This document shows positions 52,532 to 62,986 of a DNA stretch of 64,000 nt, piece by piece. The stretch comes from Candidatus Hydrogenedens sp. (GTDB lineage Bacteria; Hydrogenedentota; Hydrogenedentia; Hydrogenedentales; Hydrogenedentaceae). The position numbers were made by a program, and so were the translations under genes. The first letter of the stretch is position 1, and each line of letters opens with the position of its first letter. The stretch spans positions 98,153 to 162,152 of the forward strand of contig JBMFRC010000007.1 of NCBI GenBank assembly GCA_049968235.1. Reading direction: 5' to 3'. The notes below the pieces were generated by a model that saw only the letters and a list, made by a program, of their open reading frames with translations, searched no databases and was not told the DNA's origin.

Positions 52532-52893
52532 TTCTTGAGAAACTGGATTCCGTCACTGCTTATTTTAAAACCTCTTAGTTTAAGGATATAGCAACAGTTT
52601 GTATATAGTACTTATATCCTATCAACAAAGATGGTAACTATAATCCACCCTCCTTTCCCTCTTCAAGACATATCTACCTACTATAATTCCGGGTTGTGTT
52701 TGTAATATCACTACTTTACACTTTCCTCGGTTATTTTCACACTACCTTATATAATATAATTTGCTATGCAACATCAGAGACAAAATCTTAATCCATTTCT
52801 CTTTTTTAGATTGTATTTGATAGATGATACATACATTGCCAATAATGCTAACACATTAATACATAACCATATAGTCTTCTGTAAGGTTTTTTT

Positions 52894-53826
52894 ATGTTTG
52901 TATTTAAAATATTTTCTCGTTTAATGGTTTTCTGGGTAATTCTTGCAGGAATAATAGGTTATTTTTATCCACCCGCACTGACTATTTTTAATCCATACAA
53001 AGATTGGTTTTTCATGATTACAATGGCAGGAATTGGGGTCGTGTTAAAAATTGAAGATTTCATTCCCGTAGTAAAACGTCCTCACTGGGTATTGTTAGGA
53101 ACAATTGCCCAATTTGTAATTATGCCGTTGTTGGGATTTTTAATTGCCAGGGGGCTACAATTACCCGCCAACTTAGCAATTGGTGTGATATTGGTCGGTT
53201 CTACACCCGGAGCAATGGCTTCTAATGTAATTTCCTACATGGCAGGGGCAGATGTTGCATATTCAGTCGCATTAACCAGTACAAGCACTTTATTATCCCC
53301 TATCCTCACACCCCTATGCACCTATATTTTTGGGAGTGTTTATATTTCAGTACCATTCTGGGGAATGTTCATGAGCGTTATAAAAATGGTCATCATTCCA
53401 CTCATGGTCGGTTTTGCCATTCGTTATCTACTAAAAGAACGGATTAACCGAATTATTGATATATTCCCCGCACTATCATCCCTTTGTATTGCCTTTATTT
53501 GCGGATTAGTCGTAGCACTCAATGCAGATAAATTTAGTCAGGTGTCTTCACTAATTTTTTCTGCAGTAGTCCTCCACAATTTTTTAGGTTTAATTTTAGG
53601 ATATGGTGCCGGGGTATTATACCGTTTCGATGAAAAACGCAGACGAACACTATCCATTGAAGTAGGTATGCAAAATGCAGGATTAGGCGCGGTATTAGCC
53701 TTAAACCACTTTTCCTCAGAGAGTGCCCTTCCCAATGCACTATTCGCAACATGGTGCATCATAACAGCATCCATATTAGCCGAACTATGGCAATGGAAAA
53801 ACAGAAAAAAAATACACCTGAACTAA
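52894..53826 (+). CDS. Bile acid:sodium symporter (BASS/SBF) family transporter
   Basis: 310 aa polytopic membrane protein with typical BASS segments (GVILVGSTPGAMASNVISYMAGADVAYSVALTSTSTLLSPILTP). Confidence 0.8.
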   Translation: MFVFKIFSRLMVFWVILAGIIGYFYPPALTIFNPYKDWFFMITMAGIGVVLKIEDFIPVVKRPHWVLLGTIAQFVIMPLLGFLIARGLQLPANLAIGVILVGSTPGAMASNVISYMAGADVAYSVALTSTSTLLSPILTPLCTYIFGSVYISVPFWGMFMSVIKMVIIPLMVGFAIRYLLKERINRIIDIFPALSSLCIAFICGLVVALNADKFSQVSSLIFSAVVLHNFLGLILGYGAGVLYRFDEKRRRTLSIEVGMQNAGLGAVLALNHFSSESALPNALFATWCIITASILAELWQWKNRKKIHLN

Positions 53827-54063
53827 ATCTTCACATAATTACTGTCCCACCACTGCCCCCCCACTTGTATGGAACGAAGGTAAGTTATTAATTATTGAAG
53901 TTTGGCGTCTTTTACCATCATTTAATAATCATAGCAAAAATTATAGTAATATAAAGTAATCTGTCACTCCTTATAAAAGTATCCGGAATGGAAGTTAAAA
54001 TTTTTACTTACTTTTCTCTATGCTACAATAGGAACGGTTAAAAACTTTTAAGGAGAATTAGGT

Positions 54064-56292
54064 ATGCGAAAAATTTTCTTATTAACGCTTCTTTTTGTTT
54101 GTAGTTCTCTTTTCTGTCAGGCACAGCCTGCAAATTATCCCGACTGCTATGATGAGGTATGGGATACGCCAGGTCAGAATTCATCTGATTCAATGCCTAT
54201 TGGTAATGGAGACATAGGAGCAAATGTTTGGACTGAGGAGAATGGCGATATTGTCGCACTCATCAGTAAAACTGACGCATGGGATGATAACGGTCAGTTG
54301 TTAAAATTGGCTCGTGTCCGTTTCAAGATAACCCCATCCCTTACGGGGACAAATGCAAATTTCTCTCAACGATTACATCTACAACATGGCACGATTAAAA
54401 TACAGGGGAATGCTGGAAAAACAATGGCAATATTTCGTGTAGATGCAAATATGCCCGTGGCGGTTTTGAATGTGGAAAGTAAAGAAAATGTGGATTTACA
54501 GGTAATATTAGAAGTCTGGCGGACAACACCCCGCAATTATACTGAGGATGAAGTCAATCAGAGCAGTTTAATCCAGAAAATTGAAGAAGGTGTGGTGTAT
54601 CCGGATGTTGTGTTGGATAATCCACCTTTTTCAGGGCTATTGGTATATCATCAAAATAATCATTCTATCTGGGGTTACTCAATGGATTTGCAGGGCTTCG
54701 CTGAGTATAAAAATAAATTTACTGACCCCCTATTAAACCGAATCTTTGGTTGTGCGATTTGGTCAAATGATTTAAAAAAGGCAGATACCTTTACCTTAGA
54801 AGGTAAAGGTAAGAAAAATTACACGGTATATATTTTAGGGAAGACCTTGCATCCCTCAACCCCTGATGAGTGGTTGAATACCGTAGTAAAAGAGCGGGAA
54901 AAGGTGCTAAATGTCGTAGAGGATAAAGCATTTGAGCAGCATAAAAACTGGTGGCGAAACTTCTGGCAGAGAAGTTGGATTGTCGCAAGTGGTGATAAGG
55001 ATGCGGAGTGGATTAGCAAAGTATATGCCTTACAACGCTGGGTAACTGCATGCGGAAGTAGAGGTGCATATCCGGTTAAATTTAATGGTTCCATCTTTAC
55101 TGTGGAATGGCGAGAAGGTAATGAACTTAAGTCGGACCCGGACTATCGTCGTTGGGGAGGTGGCTACTGGTGGCAAAATACAAGATTGCCTTACTGGCCT
55201 TTGTTATCTTCCGGTGATTTTGATTTAATGAAGCCTGTATTCGATTTGTATATGAGTATAATGGAAATCAGTAAACTGCGTAGCAAAGTCTATTGGGGGT
55301 GTGAAGGTATTTATATGCCAGAAACTATATATCCCTGGGGGCTATTACGCAATCGCGATTATGGATTTGACCGAACCGGTTTGAAAGTAGGCGAAATTAC
55401 CAATCCATATATCCGCTGGATTTGGGCAAGTGGACTGGAATTAACTTTGATGATGTTGGACTACTATGATTTCACAAAGGATGACGTATTTCTAAAAGAA
55501 ACCTTGCTACCCTATGCCCGTGAGATTATCCGATTTTTTGAAACCCGTTTTCCTAAAAATGAAACCGGAATGCTCATTATACATCCGGCGCAAGCAGTAG
55601 AAACTTATCAGGAAGGTGTAACCGATGATACGCCCACTGTTTCTGGCTTGCATGCAGTTCTACCACGATTAATGGCACTGAACACTACCGAAATTACAAA
55701 TGAAGAAAAATCCCGTTGGGAACAATTATTAAAGTCTGTAGTGCCTGTACCGATTAAAGATGGTCGAATTCAGCCAGCACGCATATTTAACTCCAAACGC
55801 GGGAATGTAGAAAACCCCGAATTATATGCCGTGTTCCCATACCGCATCTTTGCCACCGGCAAACCCAACATAGACATAGCGATTGAAAGTTTCCAGAAAA
55901 GGTATGCAAAAGACTATCACGGCTGGCAACAGGATGCAATTCAGGCAAGTTTCTTAGGACTAACAGATGAAACAAAAAAAATGTTAATTACAAATGCCTA
56001 TCGTAAACACGAAGGTTCGCGTTTCCCCGCATTTTGGGGACCGAACTACGATTGGATACCCGACCAATGCCACGGTGGAAACATTATGAGCACATTACAA
56101 TTCATGCTATTGCAATGGGACAAAGATAACATTTATCTATTCCCCGCATGGGATAAAAACTGGAATGTAGACTTTAAACTCTATGCCCCCTATAACACCT
56201 CTATTCGTTGTATCTTACAGAAGGGGCAAATCCAAATTATAGATGTAACTCCACAGGAAAGAAAAAATAATATAACAATGTATCTGCAATAA
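54064..56292 (+). CDS. Large secreted hypothetical protein (possible glycosidase)
   Basis: 742 aa. Signal peptide MRKIFLLTLLFVCSSLFCQAQ. Family not recognised. Confidence 0.65.
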   Translation: MRKIFLLTLLFVCSSLFCQAQPANYPDCYDEVWDTPGQNSSDSMPIGNGDIGANVWTEENGDIVALISKTDAWDDNGQLLKLARVRFKITPSLTGTNANFSQRLHLQHGTIKIQGNAGKTMAIFRVDANMPVAVLNVESKENVDLQVILEVWRTTPRNYTEDEVNQSSLIQKIEEGVVYPDVVLDNPPFSGLLVYHQNNHSIWGYSMDLQGFAEYKNKFTDPLLNRIFGCAIWSNDLKKADTFTLEGKGKKNYTVYILGKTLHPSTPDEWLNTVVKEREKVLNVVEDKAFEQHKNWWRNFWQRSWIVASGDKDAEWISKVYALQRWVTACGSRGAYPVKFNGSIFTVEWREGNELKSDPDYRRWGGGYWWQNTRLPYWPLLSSGDFDLMKPVFDLYMSIMEISKLRSKVYWGCEGIYMPETIYPWGLLRNRDYGFDRTGLKVGEITNPYIRWIWASGLELTLMMLDYYDFTKDDVFLKETLLPYAREIIRFFETRFPKNETGMLIIHPAQAVETYQEGVTDDTPTVSGLHAVLPRLMALNTTEITNEEKSRWEQLLKSVVPVPIKDGRIQPARIFNSKRGNVENPELYAVFPYRIFATGKPNIDIAIESFQKRYAKDYHGWQQDAIQASFLGLTDETKKMLITNAYRKHEGSRFPAFWGPNYDWIPDQCHGGNIMSTLQFMLLQWDKDNIYLFPAWDKNWNVDFKLYAPYNTSIRCILQKGQIQIIDVTPQERKNNITMYLQ

Positions 56293-56354
56293 AGAAACCT
56301 TTTGCCTTTGTGTTAGTCAAAAGAAAAAAATAACGAACACAAGGACAAAATGAT

Positions 56355-57365
56355 ATGAATTTCAAAATCATTTTGTGGGGATTATTATCTATTTTCCCCA
56401 TAATACTTTTTGCCGATGAAAATACTCTCCCTAAAATGAATCAAATACAGGTTATTGGAACACACAACAGTTATCATAAACGCCCTCAATATCTTTACTG
56501 GGCAAAAGAATATGCGAAACAAACAGAAGACTGGGATTATGAACATCTACCTTTAGATATGCAATTAGAAAATGGTGTCCGTAGTTTTGAGTTAGATATT
56601 CACAATACACCTGAAGGTTGGAAAGTAATGCATGTGCCTAAGTTCGACGATACAAGTACATGCCCAAATTTACAGGAATGTCTGAGAGTTATCCGTGAAT
56701 GGTCAGACAAAAACCAAAAACATGTGCCTATTAGTGTCTTACTTGAATGGAAGTCGGAAGGACCTGTTATTGATAAACGCATAACAGTTCCCAAAAAACA
56801 AGACGTTGAACGAATTGAAGAGGACATACTTGCGGTATGGGACAAAACTAGAATCATCACTCCGGATACTATTCGTGGCGATTTCAAAACACTGGAAGAA
56901 GCAATATTAAAAAAAGGTTGGCTTACTCTGGAACAATCCAGAGGAAAAATCATGTTTATCCTCCATAACAGAAGAAAATTAAGGGATTTCTATCTGGAAG
57001 GGCATCCTAATTTAGAGGGTCGATTAATGTTTGTCAATTCATATCCCGGTGAACCTTACTCTGCAACCATAATAATTGATAACCCTTTTCATGAAGAAAT
57101 ACCCGTATGGGTTCAAAAAGGATACTTTATTCGTGTTTTCGGTGCTAACCCCAAATCGCAGTCTCCCGACAAAATTAGATTAAAAGACGATAAAGCATTT
57201 TCATGTGGTGCTCAGGTTATCTCAACAAACAATCCGCCCGGCGAACCTTACCCCCAAACAGGTTACTTTTTAGTATTCCCCGATGGTTCCACAATTCGCT
57301 GGAATCCTATTAATGGTCCCTCAAATATTGATATATCCCCTGAATCAAAAACCTCCCAAAAATGA
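56355..57365 (+). CDS. Secreted PI-PLC X-domain-like phosphodiesterase
   Basis: 336 aa. Signal peptide. VIGTHNSYH and GVRSFELDIH match the catalytic X-domain signature of Ca-dependent phosphatidylinositol-specific phospholipase C-like enzymes. Confidence 0.6.
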   Translation: MNFKIILWGLLSIFPIILFADENTLPKMNQIQVIGTHNSYHKRPQYLYWAKEYAKQTEDWDYEHLPLDMQLENGVRSFELDIHNTPEGWKVMHVPKFDDTSTCPNLQECLRVIREWSDKNQKHVPISVLLEWKSEGPVIDKRITVPKKQDVERIEEDILAVWDKTRIITPDTIRGDFKTLEEAILKKGWLTLEQSRGKIMFILHNRRKLRDFYLEGHPNLEGRLMFVNSYPGEPYSATIIIDNPFHEEIPVWVQKGYFIRVFGANPKSQSPDKIRLKDDKAFSCGAQVISTNNPPGEPYPQTGYFLVFPDGSTIRWNPINGPSNIDISPESKTSQK

Positions 57366-57628
57366 ATTTCAGAACAACTGATTTAAGTCAATTCTATTCG
57401 AAACCTCCAAATAAAGGGAGTTAAAGTATTTTTAAGACAGGTTATACATAAGATTATGAGATAAAATCAGATTAATATTTGAAATGAAGGAAGAAAACAA
57501 TAAGAGGTTTATTTCTTTTCATTTTTTTCTTCACTGCCGTTCTTATTTCATTTATTATAAGGTCTCATTTAATAAAAAAATGTCTTATGTGTTTAAAAAA
57601 TTATTTTTTGAAAAAAATTAAAAAAGAC

Positions 57629-57661
57629 TTGACAAATACTTTTTTTTTTTTTTTGTATAAT
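57629..57661 (+). promoter_or_regulatory. Consensus sigma70-like promoter with a homopolymeric 15-T spacer
   Basis: Perfect -35 TTGACA (57629-57634) and perfect -10 TATAAT (57656-57661), separated by a 21-nt spacer that is mostly T15 (57640-57654). A GAGGAGG RBS precedes the ATG at 57743. Confidence 0.5.
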
Positions 57662-57742
57662 AAATTTAATGATAATTAAGTAGTAAGAAGTAGTATAAGT
57701 GACAATTGAATAATTAAACATCCAAAAGAGGAGGCCAAGGGC

Positions 57743-59284
57743 ATGAAAAAGGTTATATGCTTTACAGTAGTAGTAATCACTTTGTGTTTGGCGGTTTCCG
57801 TTCCGGTTTATAGCGTGGATATTACTTTTCTGAATAAGGTTCGTTCCGAGGAAAAGCAGGCATACGCGGAGATAAGCAATGGACAGGTAAAAAATGGATT
57901 GTGTCGGCTGGCTCGTTTGTTTAGGGATGCACCTCTGGATGATATAAGTTGTATAGAGCCGTTATTAGGTCCTTTTCAGTTATTTTGTTATGAGTTATCA
58001 ACTCATAATGAGTTAATAATGCAGAGTTTGGTAGATAGAAACGTTGTTGTTAATTCTGGACGGGAAGAGCCTGTATTACAACCGAATATGTATCCATCGG
58101 ACCGATTATTAATGGCGGGAGCGTATGCATTAAGTGAACCGATGGACACATTTTCCCACGCACATTTATACCACTATATTCCGCAGTTAATAGGAGATAA
58201 AGAGATCTTGCTGAAAGCAGTAGGAGTAGGATTGGGGCTGGTAATCTTTCCAGAAGGTGGAGAGGCACTGGGGATACCAGGGGATTATTATCGGTCATTA
58301 AGTATTCCTTATATGCGTAAACAAATGAGTGTGGAGATACAGCGGTTATTTGTGGAGGTTTATGTGCTTATGCGTATAGATGAGTTAAGTGGTGCTATAA
58401 AAGAGATGGGGAGTTATGGAAATGAATTGAGTAAGCGGGATGACAAGACCTTGTTGTTGGATAAATTAGAAGAATGGGGAATAACAAGGGAAGAGGTAGT
58501 AAGTATATCACCGGGATTGAATTGTATTTCATTAGGTCTGCCAAGTCTGGATGTAAAAGATATAAATTGGGATAGTTTTTTATTGTGGGCGGATATGCTG
58601 AGGAAAACGAGTGATTCGCGGGTGGGGTATATGCTATTGTTTATTTTACGTTATTCTCCATACTTTGGAGAAGAGGTGGAGAATAAGGTTAGAGGGGTAT
58701 TGGAGGATATATGTAAGGAGGTTGGTTCGACAGGTAGAGTGGAGGGGATATATGCTCGTTGTATATTAAATGACTGGGATGCAAGGTCACATCGCGTAAA
58801 AGACTTATATATGCGGACAAAAGAATTACTTCAGACAGGGGTATTACCAGGGGTATATAGTTTCCGGAGTTTGTATAAAGAGCGAGAACGAGCGATAAAT
58901 CTGGCATATAATTATTTTGTTAAATATTGTTGGTATGAATACGGAGTGGAGATAGGTGATGCAATGAGAAGTAGAGACTGGATGAGTAAAGAGTTATTTA
59001 AAAGGGAACCTTTGTATATGAGTATGCGTCGGATAAGGGATGCAACGAATGTATTGAAGTATAAGAAGAACATGGAAGAATTACTTAATTATTACAAGGA
59101 TATAGCGGAGCATACACCTAATCCAGAATTAAAAGAAGAGATGTTGTCCCTTATCAACTCTCCACTTAAGGAAATAGTTCCGCGATTAAAAAATAGTTCG
59201 TCTCCACCCGTAGGGGATATATTATTAGATTGGGCGAGAGAAAGAACAGTGGGGATGTCGGAGAAAAGAGAAAAAGGAAGATAA
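57743..59284 (+). CDS. Secreted hypothetical protein, first gene of a compositionally distinct island
   Basis: 513 aa. Signal peptide MKKVICFTVVVITLCLAVSVPVYS. GAGGAGG RBS. G/T-rich codon usage (AGG, GGG, GTT, TTG) unlike the rest of the window. Confidence 0.65.
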   Translation: MKKVICFTVVVITLCLAVSVPVYSVDITFLNKVRSEEKQAYAEISNGQVKNGLCRLARLFRDAPLDDISCIEPLLGPFQLFCYELSTHNELIMQSLVDRNVVVNSGREEPVLQPNMYPSDRLLMAGAYALSEPMDTFSHAHLYHYIPQLIGDKEILLKAVGVGLGLVIFPEGGEALGIPGDYYRSLSIPYMRKQMSVEIQRLFVEVYVLMRIDELSGAIKEMGSYGNELSKRDDKTLLLDKLEEWGITREEVVSISPGLNCISLGLPSLDVKDINWDSFLLWADMLRKTSDSRVGYMLLFILRYSPYFGEEVENKVRGVLEDICKEVGSTGRVEGIYARCILNDWDARSHRVKDLYMRTKELLQTGVLPGVYSFRSLYKERERAINLAYNYFVKYCWYEYGVEIGDAMRSRDWMSKELFKREPLYMSMRRIRDATNVLKYKKNMEELLNYYKDIAEHTPNPELKEEMLSLINSPLKEIVPRLKNSSSPPVGDILLDWARERTVGMSEKREKGR

Positions 59285-59321
59285 ATATGACTCTGTATAA
59301 TAAATTGAGGAGGAATAAAAT

Positions 59322-61252
59322 ATGAATAAGGAGACAAAGAGACAAAAAAACAAAGAAAATGTAAAGTATGGGTCAAAATATTAATAGTAACAATGGGAAT
59401 AGGAATAATAATCGGTATGAGTGGATGTCCTTCAGAAGTGTGTAAGTGCGGAAATAATGAGCGAACAATAACAACCGAGGTAATTCCACCCGGAGCAGGT
59501 AGCATCTCACTGGAACCGGAGAAAGAATCTTATACTCGGGGCGAGAATGTATTAGTTACATTTACTCCGGAAACTAATTACAAGATGTATATATGGATTG
59601 ATACAAGCAGTTTATTTCATCTTTGTCCATCAAATACAATACTTATGAGGGTAACAGATAATATTCAACTGACGGCGTTACCGTGGTGGACAAAGAGGAA
59701 AGTGCATGTGTTTTGGGATACGTCTTTAGTGGATGTAGAAGTTCCAGAAGATGCAGTAGTACAGAGTCCGGGTTCTTTCGAAGTAGAACGGGAGGTGGAT
59801 AGCCTGGCAACCTTTTCGGGACAGATAAAAGAAAATTTACCACCTTTACCACCTGGTCAAGTTCGGAAGATGCTATGGGATTTGGTATCAATACCAACAC
59901 ATGTAGGACAGAGATGGGGTGAAACGAGTTGTTCGATAGTAGTAGAGGGTCCGTCCTCACCGACAGCGGAGCCAATATACCTGTATGCAACAGCCCAAGC
60001 ATGGGATGAGAGCAGTCCTGTATATAGTATGAATATCTTTCCTGCTTCAATAGTAAATGGGGAAAATTTTGAAGGAAGACTATACTGTAACGGTTGCGGA
60101 TGTGAGTGGTGTACTTGTTTGTCAGCGTTCCCATATGAGTGGACGAATAGTGGGGTTTGTAGGAAGTTTATGTTTTCAATGCGTCCGTCTCCGTATGAAG
60201 CATTTGTGTTCTGGCTGGGAATGCAGGGCTATAATCTATCGCAAAATGCGGAATATACATTTGAGAGTCCAGGTGGAGGTAGTATGAACTTTTATGGACT
60301 TTATGCCCCTCGAATACATCTGTCGCCGTCTGTCGAGGGTCAGGGTGTGATTCACATAGAGTCAGGAGGGTATACAGAGCGATGGGGATATAACCCAATG
60401 CCATTTTGTATTGGAGGAGAATGTTCAGGATGGGTACAGGAGGATATATCTAATTGTGTCAATATCTTAGGCAATAAAGTGGTATTAAAAGCAGAACCGT
60501 GTAACACTTCATGGATATTTGACCATTGGGAATATTTGGACGCGGGTGAAGGTGAGGGAAATTCTGGTAGTTGGGTAGAAATACCGGATGTTGGAGATAG
60601 ACTGAATACCTATATGAACTGGTGGGGTTATCTGGATGAAACTCCGGGGCATCTCCATGTCCCCTGGGGAGAAACCAATTTCCAGGTCAAAGCCGTTTTT
60701 AGAAGATATGGTGTGTTTACGGTACAACCAAATGACCCTCAAATTTGGTGGCATACAATTATATACAATTTTTTTGAGGAAAAGGGTTATAATTCAATAA
60801 TGGTTTTTAGTTTTAATAATTTTTTTGCTATTAGTAATTTTAAAGCTAGTTTACATAATTTGCCTAAATACGATGTTTTTCTATATAGTGGGCACCATGC
60901 TGGTGGTTGTTTGGGGGATGTATCATGGCAAGATATTCTGATTAATAATCACGGGCATGGTTATTTGCTTGTATATCTTTTAGCATGTAATACGGCAAAT
61001 ATAATAATTTATAATGGTCAAGAGATTGATTTAGGGGAAAGATGGAAAGGTGCTTTTAATGCTTCATGTTTTATAGGATTTGAACAAATACTCTCCGAAC
61101 TAGCGGCACAATCTTTCGACACAATGTTTTACCATTTCTTAAGATATTATTTTCCACATTCACCTCGAATGGCTGCTGAATTAGCATCATGGACGACAAC
61201 AGTAGATGTGCGTATTTTAGGAGATGTCTATTTGCCGTTTTGTGAAGGTTGA
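59322..61252 (+). CDS. Cys-rich lipoprotein with C-terminal caspase-like (clan CD) His/Cys dyad motif; start region carries an apparent -1 frameshift in an A7 run
   Basis: The ATG at 59322 has a perfect GAGGAGG SD 9 nt upstream but stops after 20 codons. The main ORF (59393..61252) is in frame -1. Adding one A to a7 (59344-59350) gives MNKETKRQKKQRKCKVWVKILIVTMGIGIIIGMSGC, a textbook lipoprotein signal. The C-terminus holds DVFLYSGHHAGG...(31 aa)...YLLVYLLACNTAN. Confidence 0.6.
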
Positions 61253-61293
61253 TTTATAATGAAGATAAAGCAATCGATACAGGATTGAAAGTT

Positions 61294-62088
61294 ATGTTGA
61301 GATTGGGTGTTATCAGTTTATTTTTAATGGGCTTGGGTTGTGTCAATGAAACTTATAAGTATAACTCTCCGTATGTGATATGGGAATGGAGATTGGGTCC
61401 GCTAAAAGAATTTAAGGAAGGAATCTTTCAAAAGGAGATTGTTGAATTTGCAAATCTTTTTATAAAAGAGTTTTCGTTTGAAAAAGAGGATATATCGCCA
61501 TTTTTATATAGTAAATACTTTGCAGATGGGGATATATATATAACTTTAATATATGTCAGGGATGAGCAAAAAAGAAAACAATGGCAATCTTTACTGGTTG
61601 AATATAGAAAAATAGATATACCTATGTATACGGATTACATAGTTACAATTTCTTTGTTAACCAATCGAGTGGTTCAATTTTATAACGGGGGGGTTCTTAC
61701 TTCATATAGTGGAAACTTGCATTTTTCGAACTCATACATGGACCGTAGATTGAAGATGGACAACGAAAATAATGAGGGTACAATGTGTGTTGAGAAGATA
61801 TCGGAATATATAGGTATCCCTGAAGAAAAAAGAACAAGTGTAGAAATATTTAAAAGTCCATTAGGATTCTTGTATTTTAAGAGTAAGGAGAAAAGTTTTA
61901 ATATTTTGTCAGGACTTGACAGGTATAAAAGTATAAACGATTTTTATTTCGGTATAGTTAGGACCTTATATTTTGACCTGGGTTCCCTTGATAATGAAGA
62001 CAGACCTATATCGGCACCTCTTTTTGAGGGCGTATTAATTTGTATAAAAGATAAGTGGTATCCACTTTTTTATATTTATAATTTTTAA
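61294..62088 (+). CDS. Hypothetical lipoprotein/exported protein
   Basis: The ORF from TTG 61249 overlaps the stop of the previous gene by 4 nt. The likely start is ATG 61294, giving MLRLGVISLFLMGLGC (signal plus Cys). No known domain. Confidence 0.5.
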   Translation: MLRLGVISLFLMGLGCVNETYKYNSPYVIWEWRLGPLKEFKEGIFQKEIVEFANLFIKEFSFEKEDISPFLYSKYFADGDIYITLIYVRDEQKRKQWQSLLVEYRKIDIPMYTDYIVTISLLTNRVVQFYNGGVLTSYSGNLHFSNSYMDRRLKMDNENNEGTMCVEKISEYIGIPEEKRTSVEIFKSPLGFLYFKSKEKSFNILSGLDRYKSINDFYFGIVRTLYFDLGSLDNEDRPISAPLFEGVLICIKDKWYPLFYIYNF

Positions 62089-62140
62089 GTGTGCATGCTT
62101 TTAAGAAGATTGCTAATTATAATATGAAAAAAGGAAGTCA

Positions 62141-62986
62141 ATGATGCTTCTGAATCTTGTTAATTTATTATTAATATTGAGTGGAAATATGAGTGAGGAG
62201 CAAACCTACAAAGAAATAGCACGAAATTTTATCAATGATACAATTCATTATGAGGTAAAAGATATAACAATCGAAAAAACTCCTCTACGTTCTAATTTCC
62301 TTTTATATGACGAGCCAGTAATTACATTAAAAGCAGATAATGCTTACTTATTAAGTATTGGTGAAAAGAGCAAGATCGTATTAAGTTGTATCGGACTCTC
62401 AATTGAAGGAATAGAAGGAGAAAAAATTGATACTGTAAATGATGCTTTTAAGCAACTGTATGAGGTTTTCAAGTATTATAATCTTCCCTTGCAGATTGAA
62501 GAATGTTCTGTAAAGGAGTCTATCGATAAATATATTTTTCAAAAAGAACTTTTATACAACAATATTATATGTAGAAATTCAGGGATACGTGTAGAGATAC
62601 TAAAGAAAAACGGAACTACAATGTCTATACTTTACAAACCTTGTATTGAGCCTTTGAATAAGTTTCCTCCTAAGATTAATGAAAAAGAATTGGAGGAAGT
62701 TCTAAATAATTGGTTAAAAGAACAAACATATTTCCAAAAATATCCAGCAAAGATTTTAGGGGAAGAAAAACTCCGCATTGTAATTGCTCCTAAACTTAAC
62801 CAATACGACCCTAACTCATATAAGAATGTATTGATACAGAGAAGTGCTATAGAAAGGTATTATGCATACGAAATGTCTATCGTATGGGAGGAAAAAGGAA
62901 AAAAATGGTTTGGATGGGTTTGGATTGATGGGAATAGTAAAAAAGTAATAGGGGGATTTCCTAATTATAGTCAAGAAAAGGAATGA
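62141..62986 (+). CDS. Hypothetical exported protein
   Basis: 281 aa. AAGGAAG RBS. N-terminal hydrophobic MMLLNLVNLLLILSG. Confidence 0.55.
   Translation: MMLLNLVNLLLILSGNMSEEQTYKEIARNFINDTIHYEVKDITIEKTPLRSNFLLYDEPVITLKADNAYLLSIGEKSKIVLSCIGLSIEGIEGEKIDTVNDAFKQLYEVFKYYNLPLQIEECSVKESIDKYIFQKELLYNNIICRNSGIRVEILKKNGTTMSILYKPCIEPLNKFPPKINEKELEEVLNNWLKEQTYFQKYPAKILGEEKLRIVIAPKLNQYDPNSYKNVLIQRSAIERYYAYEMSIVWEEKGKKWFGWVWIDGNSKKVIGGFPNYSQEKE

Noticed and set aside
57366-57742. AT-rich 380-bp spacer as a possible mobile-element end or att site
   Set aside because: No inverted repeats or direct-repeat pair were found. It is interpreted as the promoter or regulatory region of the island.
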